A stretch of 64,000 bases of DNA from Raillietiella orientalis (lineage: Eukaryota): the NCBI GenBank assembly GCA_036172245.1, contig JAYWIR010000001.1:8618001-8682000 (forward strand), given 5' to 3'. Made by a program: the position numbers and the translations under genes. The notes below the pieces were generated by a model. It did not search any database, was not told the DNA's origin, and saw only the letters and a list, made by a program, of their open reading frames with translations. Shown piece by piece: positions 51,851 to 64,000 of the stretch (position 1 is the first letter of the stretch; every line of letters starts with the position of its first letter).

Positions 51851-54100
51851 CGGAGATAGATGATGGTTGGGATGACGGAGCAACCTGAGAAGATCATCAG
51901 AAATAATCACTTCTCTACAGAACAAGACAATGGACATGCTGGAAAAATTTTCCACTTTTGAGAAATCACGCTGTGGAATAACCTCATTGTCTACGTATTC
52001 CACTGATCAATGACTAGATTAATAAATCCTTCAGAGGAGCTCCATATGTTCTCCATACACTATTCTAGATATCCTGTTCTGTTCTTTAAAAGTTAAAGAT
52101 TTATTTACACGCATATTTTTCCAATTAAGTTATTATATGATGAACACTTCTAGATTATCGGCAGCGCCTGGTTCTTAATTTATAGTTGAACTTGCTTGGC
52201 CCTCTGTTATCTGTGCACCACATCTATGTGTAATCTTTGTTCATCGGACTGTGCGCTTATAACATCTGTTTCAGAAGTTTTCTGAATCTGCACCGAATCC
52301 GAATTTAAACATGCTCCACTGTACAGTCTTTTGGAATTTGTGGTTTAGTCTATTCCTACGAAGGTCATTTTCTGGAGAGCAGCTAGAATTTCATGGTGGA
52401 AAAATTTCCTTGCTGTACTGCGTCAAACAGGCATACAAATGGATGATAAAGGCAACGGAAATTGAAAACATTTAAAAAATGATACACGCTATATTTAATT
52501 GAAACGGACAGATATCAGATATGCATTTATCAGATATGCATTCAATGCCACAGCATGCAGACATGCTGTGGCATTGAATTTTTTTTTTTTTTAAACTATC
52601 CATGTTGCGTTGTCAGAAAATCTAATCTTGCAAAGCTTAAAGAATTACAGAATCGCTCTCAGAGAAACGACGTTTATTCGCGGATTTCAAAACGCGGAAT
52701 GGAATCTTAAATAAAAGTTCGTAAAATTGAATTCGTTTTTTCGTGTTGGGTACTCGATCTGCTGGATTCCATCTTTCCTTTGTCTATAGCTGCTTCCTTG
52801 TGCATACCGTCGTCGTTAAGGATCGTTAATTACTGACCGCACTTCTGGTAACGCCGAATTTTGCATGGCAGCTTGGTTCACGTAAGGCTGATTCTAAACT
52901 CCTCGTGAATCATTCTTCTTTTTTAACCCATGGAAAAAAACTATGTTCTGAAACTAAAGTTTTTTAATGAGACTGTTTTGTTTACCGGAACTGTCTCGAT
53001 TTAAACATGTTTCACATTCCAATGATTCCGCTTCGTATTCCATTCAGTTATAAGTCAAGCGTATCAGAACGTTATTGTTTGATTCGAGAAGTTCCGCAGC
53101 TGAGAGTCCGTGATGGACGGATGGCTTGCGATCTGATGTTAAGCTCCTATGACTGTTACAGCTATGTAAAACATTTTGATCAGTGAGCATTCGTAAATAG
53201 CGTCCAAGGAGAAACAGTTAGTAGAGATACACATCTTTCTTTAGTTCATGCATATTCAGCGCACATGTGCTCCTATTCTTTGCCATAAGCAAGCACCTTA
53301 TCTCCTAGCACGTTTTTCAACAAATTGTTCAGGAACTTAACAGCCGTTCACACATACGTCCACTTAGTAAATTTTACAAGACATCTTAATTTTAAACATA
53401 TTTTACGGTGCACATCTATTTCCTCAAGAACTCTGCTACAATGTTAGAATGGAATAAATTGCGGATGTTGGATTGTCTTTCGCGTCTTACAAAACAATTT
53501 GGCCCGGAATAGTCGATTTAACATAAAAGTAACACATTTAACATAATAGTCGATTTAATGTTTCATTTAACATTCCATTTCATATTTCGTAATTCATCGA
53601 CTTTCTTCATCTGTTGATGCTTGATCTTGGAAAAGCCACTCACGCTCAAAGGACCACGAAAGTTTCGCAACATGTGTAACACCCAAAAAAATTTATATCG
53701 AGGAGTGTGTAGCCGTTGGAAATAATTTTTGGGTATATCACAACATGGTGGCGGAGGCAGTCTGTCTATGATACAAGACGTGAATTTCGGGAGGTGAAGC
53801 CAACAAGGAGGCAGCCGTAGACTGGCAAAAACCTCAAAAAGGGCTGCACCCTACGCCAGGCTGGGGAGGTTCACAGCAGATGTTAACGAAAGCGATGTTT
53901 AGATGTATAATAAGTTATCCAACATTACAAAAAAACGTAAGATATGAAACTAACACTCCAAAAAATCTTTTATTTCAGCTGAAATGTCAAAGCACACCAA
54001 GAGTACAAATGATTCTTATAAAATATCAAGATAATAATCTGATGCTACAATTTCCTTACCCCAAACTTTGAAAATTCACTAACATATTGCACTTCTGTCC

Positions 54101-56991
54101 TTAACAATTCGAAGCCAGAGATTCAAACTCCTTTTTGGTTTGCAAATAATTGAGTGTGTTTCCAAAATGTTTTTTTATCTGTGTAATTTCCTCTGATGCA
54201 TCTATAGTACTTAGTTCATCCTTGATTGCACCGATTAACCTATGTATATAAACAGCAGTGATGCTCTCACATTGCTTGTCGAAAAAATAAATGAACAAAT
54301 TCAAGATTTCCACCATAAGCTGAACTTGCAAGCATGAGTCCATACACTGCTTAAGAATGCGACCAGCCTTCTGCAAACATGCCTTAACTGACTCTGGATC
54401 CTTCTGCTCTTGTTCATTAGAATTCCCTTCTCTTTCTGACCAGAATAAGTGGGCACACAATGCAGTGATACGACACTGATCTGGCTTTTTCAACAGTTTT
54501 GTAGCAGCCAGTGTGCACTGACGTCTCAAAGGCTTGGAGCTTTCCTCAGTAAAGCAGGTGATTCTCTGTAGAGTAGCAATAAACAGCACCATGGCATTTA
54601 TTTGGCCTCTGCTGCTAGAAATATCATCTTCATATACAGTGAATGCCTAAAAGCCCATAAGTGAACACAAGTGCTACAGTACTCACTTGACTAAAAAATT
54701 CATATGCTACATTTTCTGCATTTTTAAACGGAATTTGAGTAGTCACTAGGACAGCTTGAAGATAAAGCTGCAGGGCAAGCTCTGTGTGCTCTGCTTTGAT
54801 AAGCTGCTGAATATTTTGGTGGCAGAATTTAAAAATCTGTTCGCATCTTTGCTCCCAATCAGACTCCTTGATGACAGTTAAAAGTACAAAAATATGAAAG
54901 AAATTACCCTGCTGTCCTCTTCTCGGTACCCCAATGTCAATTCCAAGGTTCTGAATACAAGAGGAGGAATGGTATACTGAACTCTCTGGGCTCCACCTTG
55001 AACAAAGTGTTTCTGAGCAGCCAATAGCATTGGAAACTGTAAAGTAGGGTCCTCAGCAGTAAATAAATGCACCAGGCGACCCATCAGTATCTGCTCTTCA
55101 CAGAATTCATCTGGATCTTGGATTGAAGCTAAAGATTCCTCCTCATCATGCATCAGAGGAGTCACAGTGCTCAAGAAGACATTGACTTGTTCTGGGGTTT
55201 GGATTTTTATCTCATTATCTAAGCAATTAATAACAAGATCAAGGCTTAGTAACTTCCTTCCTCTGGAATCAAACTGATTCAGTAGACTTTTGAAATGTTT
55301 CAATTCCAACACATGCAATAGGCAATTAGAGTGACTGATGGGTAGACGCAACAGATGCAGCAGTTCCTGACCTTCTGTACATTGAGGTGCAATTCTACAC
55401 ACACATTCTCAATTTGTTCTGGGTGATTTACTGTCATTACTTAGGTTTTTTGAGCTTTTCCAAAATTTGCAAGGCAGCATACAAGACAGCATCAACATAG
55501 TCCCAGTGATCAGGGTAGCACTTGAAAACTAAATTAACTAATGATACATGTAATGCTAAGGCATCAGCAATGGGTAGGTCATTTCGATTCTTGAACAAAT
55601 CAACATCCCTAACCAGCCCATGAAGGTATCACATACCTGCACTATATGCTTGATATGTTCAGAAAAAATATCAAACAAATGAACATTTGGTGGGATACCA
55701 TCCACATCTTGTCTTTGAGCATAGTTGGATAGTCGCTCCATGAAAGCTGTAATCACATTCTTGATGCTAACACTTGAGTGAACTTCAGCACAAGTTTTCA
55801 AAAAACTTTCAAGTGTTTGCAAATGAAACTCATCTGGAAACACCTAAACCAGGTATGATGCCAATAGTTTCATCTATTTTTACCTGAATAATACACTCCA
55901 AAAGATATTCTTGCGCAATACCATCTTTACAACTAATTATCTGCTCTAAAATGCCAGGAAGTACTAACTGAATAAGCTCATCAGATACCATTCCTATCAA
56001 TTTTCCATGCTGACCTTTTTGTAATTCTCTATATCGAGACACTCTAACTGAGATAACCTAACCAAGTTAGTGCCAACCAACAATCTTAACTCTCTTCTTT
56101 CTTTTTCTCGTCTTTCCAGATCACGAGAATGTCCCTGATGTTGCATTCTCACCCATAACTTGTTCATTTCACCAAAATTAATTAAGACAAACTCAATAGC
56201 ATCCTTCACCTATGATAACAGTCATTCATGTACTTCTTGGTTACTGCACAAACACTTTCAACTCACATTGCCATTACCTTCATCTGGTTGGTCTTCCTTT
56301 ACATCAGGCAGCACATTTTTAGTACACTGCAATAAATAATTTCGAAGAAATAAACCTCGGAGAGGATGTTGAACACCTCGACACATCTCTACCAAATCTT
56401 TAAGAATATTTTTTCGTGACTCTTCTTTAGTTTTAATATAAATCAGTCCAACAGTAATCAATAAATATCTTAAATCAATGTAAAAAAAAAAAAGGTATAT
56501 TGCCAGTTTCCTGCTTACAGACGAGGAATGATATTTCCAGCATACTGCACCAATTCATAAAGATCAACGATTTTTTCTCCTTTCGAAAATTCATCAAGTA
56601 AATGTGCCTCCAGATGATGTAATTCATCACAAACAGCCATATCTGTGAAAATTTGTATTGAAAGGCATTTTTCAAACTCATTCATTTTCAAATGGATATT
56701 TGAGTTTAAACTTGCAAAACGTCAATTTCAGTTAACAAAATAACATACTATGAGAGGATTAATAAACTAATGAAACAGTAATTATGAAGTAGTTATAAGT
56801 TTAGTACATAATTGATAATAGTGCTTTGGTGAAAGCAAACCAGTTTTCAACTCAACAAGCATTGCGGATGCATGCTTTAAGGCATCCATCAATTTATTTT
56901 TGTCAAGGCATCTTTTCATCTGAAATGCCTGTGCTTTGACTTCAGCTAAGGCTTCATTTCTCAATCTCTCTTGATCTTCCAATGAAGACAT
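54101..56991 (-). CDS. VPS35: Vacuolar protein sorting-associated protein 35 (retromer subunit), 10 exons, 785 aa
   Basis: Exons 56991-56808, 56642-56519, 56468-56267, 56209-56015, 55967-55884, 55843-55637, 55589-55441, 55394-54908, 54866-54687, 54646-54101, phases all consistent. Motifs [78 protein letters not shown]. Confidence 0.97.
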
Positions 56992-57949
56992 GCTCAAAAC
57001 TTCAATTCAGGACCCTTTACATTATAACATTCTAAAAGATACAGTTTTTTTTTAACCAAAGACGCCTTTCATTTTTTTCACAGGTGTAATCTTTTTGTTA
57101 ATAAACAGACTACGTTTTCATCATTAATTTTAAAGAAAACAACAAACATTGGGATGAAACTAGAGAACGTAACTACCTTTTTAAACTTTCTGAAAAATCC
57201 CTTTGTCACCCTCCTCGAACACTCACATGTAAGCTAATTACTTTTCTGATATCCTCATGTACCTAAAATTGCAAAACTACATCCCTTAGCAGTGCATCTA
57301 AACTTTCAGAAATTTGTACGCTTCACAGCTGATCTAATTCTTATGCTAATCTTCCGCGCTGCTCGACCTTAGTGGCACATACACAGCAAAAGATGGGTTT
57401 TAAATTTCAATCAGCAAAATAAACTTAATTCAATGTGGCACTAAACATTAAGGCAACATGATACCAACATTTCGTGTCACGAACAATTTCTTTCCTTTAG
57501 GGAAACAATGGTTACGACTCGTGAGGGCAGATTGCTAAGCACGAATATACAACAGCACTCACTAAAAAGTTTATTTAGAATGCATTCCGTTAATTCGGGT
57601 GAACATTATGAAGAAGAACAAACATCTCTACTGTATTCACTTTCACTCAAGCAGTTGAGAGGATACAAGGGCACACGGATCAAAGGAGGAAGAAGAAGGC
57701 TTCTCCGATTTTAATCTTTTGGCATTCATTTCAGAGTATTCAATGGAATTGCAGTTCGAATTCGCATCGGCCACAAATGATGATGCCTCTAGGCCTGGGG
57801 AAAAGTGTATCGTGCATGAGTTACGAATAATCAAGTCATCTAAATTCGGGAGTCTTTTATTCTAATGGCCACTGAATGCTTTTCCCTAACGATGGGGGGG
57901 GGTAGAAAAAAGCTCTTTAGGAAACGGGAAGTAAACGTTAAGGGTGTCA

Positions 57950-59150
57950 CAAAGCAAATCCACTCGTTGGTCCCTCGTGTTCGTCTCTAAAACGTGTGAG
58001 AATTTCCATTCCCTGCAAAGGTGTCTTTGGGCCCACATCACAGATCAGGGGAAACTCGTAGGGCCACACTTTGCTGAAAGTGAGAATCCTACGGGCACTC
58101 CCTCTAGGGAGAAGAATGAACGTATTCTTCTACGGTTCTTGCATACTTTTTGGTTTACTGTTCCGCAGAAGTCCACGTGGATCAAACGGCACTGGTAGTT
58201 AAGGAAACGATAGTGCCTTGATGGTGCGCACGACGTCCATCAGCGCTGGTTAGGTGCTGCAGCAATGCATAGGAATACTTATTGTGGTTCAGCTTCCGAG
58301 ATGTCTCAGAAGGAAGGCAGGTACATTCAAGGTACAGAACCAATGAAGGAAACTCGGAACCAGAAAAGAAATGTTGCCTCGCAGATCCACACTACCACTT
58401 TCCACCGTCTGCGGACAGGCGTTCGCAGAACTGTGAAGTGAGCTCTCTTGCTTTGGAGACACATGACAGGGCAGTTCAGACAACAGGGTACCTTCGGCCA
58501 GATTGGATGCCCCATGCCTCACCTTACTAAAAGGAAACTGTTCTATCCCTTTCACTCATCTAAAGGATAAAGAGGGGATGAGTGCTCTAAAGGACGGCTT
58601 GTCCATTCTGCACTGATCTGGAGGCACAATCCATTTGACTCTTGATGTAAGGTGGAGCAGCAAGCGCCCTATGACCTCAAGGTCGTCCAAGGTAACCTAC
58701 CTCTAGCGACCAGGGACAACCTTAAGTATCATTAACGCCTGTGTATGCCTGGTGCATTAATGCGTCGCGTGTCAGAGGGGAACGTATTCACTTTTCTGGT
58801 TGTTGTTTTTTATTCCCTGAGAGAACCTGAGCTCTTTACGAAGATAGCAATGCGTCCAGGAATGGAGTACTAGGAGATGCACTCCAGTGCGTCCACCTAA
58901 CCTAACTGTTAAGCAAGTCACTGCTGTTGGTGACGGGACTACTACTACATAGATTCCCTCGAATCTTTACCGCCTGGATTTTTCTGAATAATCTCGTCTT
59001 ACCATCCCAAGTCACCTGGAAGAATACGATATGCAATTCACGCAGCATACTCCGCTCTATTTTCTTCCCAGTCTAGAAGTTCCTGAGCTCGTGGAGGCTC
59101 GGCAAATCACCTACAAACTCCACAGGGTCCAAAGCTCAATTGTCCCTTTA
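57950..59150 (-). mobile_element. Eroded Ty3/gypsy pol relic (RT and integrase) between VPS35 and WDR74
   Basis: APGI...(Y)LDDLEVIG at ~58670-58756; LLRHLG; RLIHVDFCG at ~58163-58189; FAGNGNSHT. Order RT then IN is gypsy-type. Many frameshifts. Confidence 0.55.
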
Positions 59151-60845
59151 AATATGAAGATATTTTCTGTTAACATGCATTCCTACTGTTCCTTCTAAAT
59201 TAGGCATTTTCTTGAAGAACTGCTCCAACGCTGTTTAAGCATTCGAGAACTTGGAGGCGTACAAGATGTTCCCTTTCTTTACAGACCAGCAAACCATTGC
59301 ACTATACATTAAGGAGTACCGAGAAGCAACCTAGCCATACACACTGGCATCTGAGCCAGCATATCCTGATGCTAACAAAGCGTCAGGATGCCCCGCATCA
59401 TATAAATACAACGTACCAAAAAAGAGCATTGCTCGCTGGAGGACCAGCTCAGGATGCGTATGATACTCCCATGCTTATCGTAAATGTCAACTCTGATGCA
59501 GACAATGGAATTCGTGCTATTTTTTTTTAGTGGCTGTACAATTGCAATTCGTTGGAACTGCGTAGAACAGTATGCACGCAATGAGCTGCTCTTCGCAAGT
59601 AGCCAATGACGCAAATGAGCAACACCTTTGCCATTTTAAACTTCCTTCTCGGGTCTGATTACTCGATACAAAACACGCAAACCGCTGCTCAAAATACGAG
59701 CAGGAACCACGTACACCAAAATTTGCGAACACCTTTATTAATATGGAAAAACTTGCAGTCTTTCCCTTCTTTGAGTACAATCAAATGTTGATATGCATTG
59801 CTTATTTTTATTTACGACTTGCTTCTCGTACTCCTAAATTAGTAAAGGCTCATTTTAATGTAGAATGAATGAGCACATCTTATAGTGATAGCATGACGCA
59901 TTTCAACTTGCAGTAAAGAATACATGAAGCTCGATTAAGAGCTATATGTACATTAATGCTGATGTAGATAACGACTGACATAAGTATCCCTAAACGAACT
60001 AAAACTATCTGCGTAATTAAGGCGTCTTTCTGTTGGCAGTTTCTTTCAGTTGGAAAGAATTAATTTCATATTACTCCAAGGAATATGCATGGAAACGAAA
60101 AATACAAAACACACATACAAGAATTTAGGGCACAAACGTTGTAAAAAGAAATGAAATACACGGCAAGATGCAACATTAATTGGACAGTCATGTAACAGCA
60201 AGATGAAAACCATTATGGCATTCAACAGCCGATACTTGTTCCTTGTATCAGACGAAGTTTACATTGATGCAGTGGTCCATTCAAAAAATACATAAACCAG
60301 GAGTGATTTTTTTTCTTGGCTTCCTTGATGCACAGTTAAGCGACATGAAGAGTCACCGTGGGGGCTTAAAATGCGATAATTAAACATGGCATGAAATTAT
60401 AATCGGAATTATCTGAAACACTGTAACAATACGTGCAGTAACACTCCTCCCTTCTATATGAAACAGAAATCACAAATGACTCAAAGCAGTGCGCCAAAAA
60501 TACAGCACAACATAAAACAAAGCACACAATTTACAACAGCAAATTGCAGAAGCATATGGACCCAGCTTCTAAACACACACTTTGAGACATCAAAATGCAA
60601 CACTATGAAGGAATTATGACTGCCAGTGAGATGTACCGCTGCCTTCTTACAAAGCACATACATGTCTTTAGTAGCACATAAACTTAGTATGATTTCCTAG
60701 AACTTGAATGTAATGGAACAAAATCAAAGATAAATGGTTAGAACTAAAAAAGTATCCATCTTTCAGGTTGAAAAGTAACAAATGTATGGTGTATGAATAC
60801 TGTGAAACTGTTTTAAAAAAACAGTAAATAAACTTATACACTGCT

Positions 60846-62462
60846 CTATATTTTCCGTCTTTTTGTTGGTATGGATAGATCTTGCTGTTTTAAGAATGAC
60901 TGCATAAGATGACAATTTAACCGTGATTTAAGAAACACCTACAAAATATGATTCTAATGCTTATAAAACTCAGAAAAAATAAAAAGATATTTGCCTTCTG
61001 AATGCATTCCTTTGTTTCCAATGAATAAACATGCAGAAAGCGATCTAGACTAGTGCACGATACCAATGGCATAGAAGAATGCGAGCAAATTTCTGTTACA
61101 GCTCCTGCACATGATGGAAGCTTAAAACACAAAAGCTGCTTTCGTAAATCTAAAACTCCAAGACGTCCTTTATTGCTGCCAACAAGCACCTGGCTATAAC
61201 TAAATGCAAATGAATCTGAATGACAATATACTAACTTTTTGGAAGTTGAAAGTGCTACAGATGTTAAAGGAGCGTTTTCAAATTCAAAGTTGATAACTGG
61301 TCTTTTATTAACTCGAATATCATACATTTGTATTTGATGCAAGCGAGTGCAAACTATAATTTCATTTTCTGATGCAAACTTCATATCTGATACCCAAACT
61401 GGTACGCGCAGTTGAAGAAAATCATGTGGGATCTATTAAAATATACATAAATATGAAGATTAGTCAATACGCTTACATTTTTTGCAGCAAATATGGTTTG
61501 CTGAGTATTAATATCCCAAATTTTTAGAAGAGACTCTCTTCCTGCAGTACCTATAAACTGAGGAGCTGATGAACACTGACACAAACAAGTCAATTCACTT
61601 TGTGGAGAACAAACAGTAAGTTTGGAAATTGAGTTTTTGTCTAATATATTACAAATACAAAGTTGTCCTGTTGATATAGCAGCTATCAAAATGCTAAATG
61701 CAAATAAAAAAACTTCAGTTATTATGAAATTTACAGATTGCCTTGCATGCAGATAAAAAGATTGATAAAAAAATCAATCAAGAGTAACTTGCTTCATTCA
61801 GTTACATCATACATCAACAAAATACACACAGCACTGCATAAAGAGAACCATAAAATACAGTTCACTTTAGGAAATCAGCTTTACATTCACCCAATTCCAC
61901 CACAGCCACAAGAAAATTGTGACTCGCACTACAAAAGTTTGTCATTCTCAAATTACACAATCAAAGAAAAAAAAAAACAAAAACAAATTACTCGTTATAA
62001 GACCCTAGACCACAGATTCTTCCATCAAAATCTTTCAAGTCAATGACTTCTTCAAAACCACCACTTTCTGAGTTGAACTCAAGAATAGTTTTGTTTTGCA
62101 GAGCAATATAAAATGATTCATCAGAACTCTTCCATGTGAGCTTTAAAATCTCTCTTGACTTATCCGGAGTTATTAAACTGTTCAGCGTCTTCACATTTTC
62201 ACCTTGGGCGGATATCCGAACATCTGAGGAAAAGTCATTCTGTCACAGACAAATCAGTTTTGTAAAAACGTCCGATAGGTCAAGCACGAAGGCCTGGTCA
62301 ATAAACAATAAATACCAAACTCACAAAGGAGACTACAGATTTGAAAGTAAACAAAATGTTAAAGAAAACAATTATAACATCTATGTGAAATTACTTACTT
62401 TTCAGAAATCCAGATTCACAACCGACAAAAAAATTCAATAGTCTGTCTTCAAAATAGCACAT
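60846..62462 (-). CDS. WDR74: WD repeat-containing protein 74 / NSA1 (60S ribosome biogenesis), 6 exons, 333 aa
   Basis: Exons 62462-62399, 62223-61992, 61693-61477, 61432-61236, 61193-60995, 60938-60846. Motifs FVGCESGFLK, GTAGRESLLKIWD...IFAAKN|IPHDFLQLRVPVWV, YDIRVNKRPV, SLDRFLHVY, K|VFLKSRLNC. Confidence 0.92.
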
Positions 62463-64000
62463 TTGAACATTGAAAACTCCTTTTTTGATCGTAAATGTGT
62501 TTTGAAAACTATGCTACTGATGCTCAGTAAAACTGCACCAGAATGTTCATCATTCCACGTTATAAAAAGTAGTTGTAGGAATCCCTTGTCAACAACTAAA
62601 ATTAAAAACATGAGTTATTTTCCGAAAACAGTACGATCACAACCTATTCCACTGAACATGCATACCAACAAGCCAGCAATTCCATCTGACTGAGGCACGA
62701 TTTGAAGTAGATATTGCCACCACACTTAAAACTCTATAACTACCATTTGCTCTATAAAAACCTATTTGGCGATGAATTTTAAGTACTTTAGTTCAAAGCA
62801 TAGAAAGCAGATTTGATATATCAGAATATTTTACCTACTTCAAATATTGAGAACAATGGCAAATAAAACAGCATCAAGTTTAATATAAAGATCTTTAAAA
62901 AAATAATAAAATGTTTACAAAAAATTCAAATTCCAAAAGTCAAAAGAGGTATCAATGTACAACTCACTAATAAGAAATTATAATCGGTTTGAAAAATAAT
63001 CCAAGATTGTTCTATACGAACTCATTTAAAATACTCAGAACCCTTATTTTCTTGACGATGTAGTACGAAGCTTAAAACAACACCCGTATATTATTTCAGA
63101 AAATAATTTATTAATGATTTTAAATCACAATTTCGTGGAAACGTGTCAATTTGGAAGACGCAGAATGCTAAAGAATCTTTCGATGATTTGGCGGGGAGGA
63201 CAACTTTACCTACAAAATTTTTCTGGTCATCTCCAGAACTTTGTTCGCTCAATAAATAGAACAAAAATAAGTGCCTATTTGGAATGTGTAGTAGAAAACT
63301 TTAATCAGGTCTTTTATAAATGACTTCATCTGGAGAGTACATCTTTGTGATTTACTCTTTCAAATTCTCATTTAGATCAACACTTCTAAAGTTGGAGAAT
63401 CACTCTTTTGATAGCACTGAAACATAAACCTTTCTTTACTCCTACTACTTAAACAATAGGGGAGCAGTTTATGGACATTCTCAGACTTTTGTTCTCAGGA
63501 ACCTTTTTCTGCTTCTATTTCCAGCATGAATAGACTCATTTGAATGAAACTTTATTAGAGATTCCTAATTCAAACCATTTGCATTAATTTCAGTTATTGT
63601 ATTTGCCTGTTCCTATGTTTTGGTGCCTTACTCAGATTTCTGTAATAGAATCCATACATCCTCAATATGTGCTTTGGTTTGTTTTTATTTTTTCATCATC
63701 ATTATTATTTAAAAAATTAAATTAAAGATTATCACCTCAATAGCTATTTGACAATTTTAAAATCAAGCAGTGATGATCAATACTTCAGCAAGTTGTATTT
63801 TCTAAATTGCCTCATATGATGATGATTTATCAACATCGAATTGAACAGATTTATCGAATGTTCCCAGATAATCTATTACTGATTGGTAGTTAATGACTTT
63901 GTTTTGTTTTCAAAAATGTGTTGTTCCTAATTTCTTTGTTCTGTGCATTCTCTTGCTAGCTAATGTCAATAGCGAATAGTTGTATGTCTTCACCAATTGC

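Noticed and set aside
53675..53890. snRNA/SL RNA (Sm-like AATTTTTGG) or TRIM (PBS-like TGGTGGCGG plus purine tract)
   Set aside because: No flanking stem-loops or leader donor, and no repeated LTR pair.

Overview
Eukaryotic, invertebrate-animal-type genomic DNA. By eye there are two compositional compartments: GC/CpG-rich (1-~42,450 and ~46,900-51,780) and AT-rich/CpG-poor (~51,780-64,000), with an intermediate stretch between ~42,450 and 46,900. Three genes can be built exon by exon with consistent splice phases: (1) an ALK/LTK-family receptor tyrosine kinase on + (22 exons visible, 1315-29207, 5' end outside the window; MAM-LDLa-MAM-Gly-rich-EGF-TM-kinase); (2) VPS35 on - (10 exons, 785 aa); (3) WDR74/NSA1 on - (6 exons, 333 aa, last intron GC-AG). 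Downstream of ALK is a near full-length but dead Tx1/L1-clade LINE on - (~31,130-37,975). Its endonuclease domain is split by a second, antisense, 5'-truncated Tx1-like LINE, and both end in a stem-loop plus a short A-rich stub instead of a long poly(A). Also present: two inverted copies of a tRNA-derived SINE, several heavily eroded Ty3/gypsy pol relics, a candidate orphan spliced gene (39.6-41.5 kb, -), perfect hairpins, and many 40-73 bp introns. Everything was read by eye with no database searches. Most ORFs in the supplied track are GC-richness artefacts. I found no convincing wholly new biological system; the best leads are the nested LINEs, the GC/AT compartments and the orphan gene.
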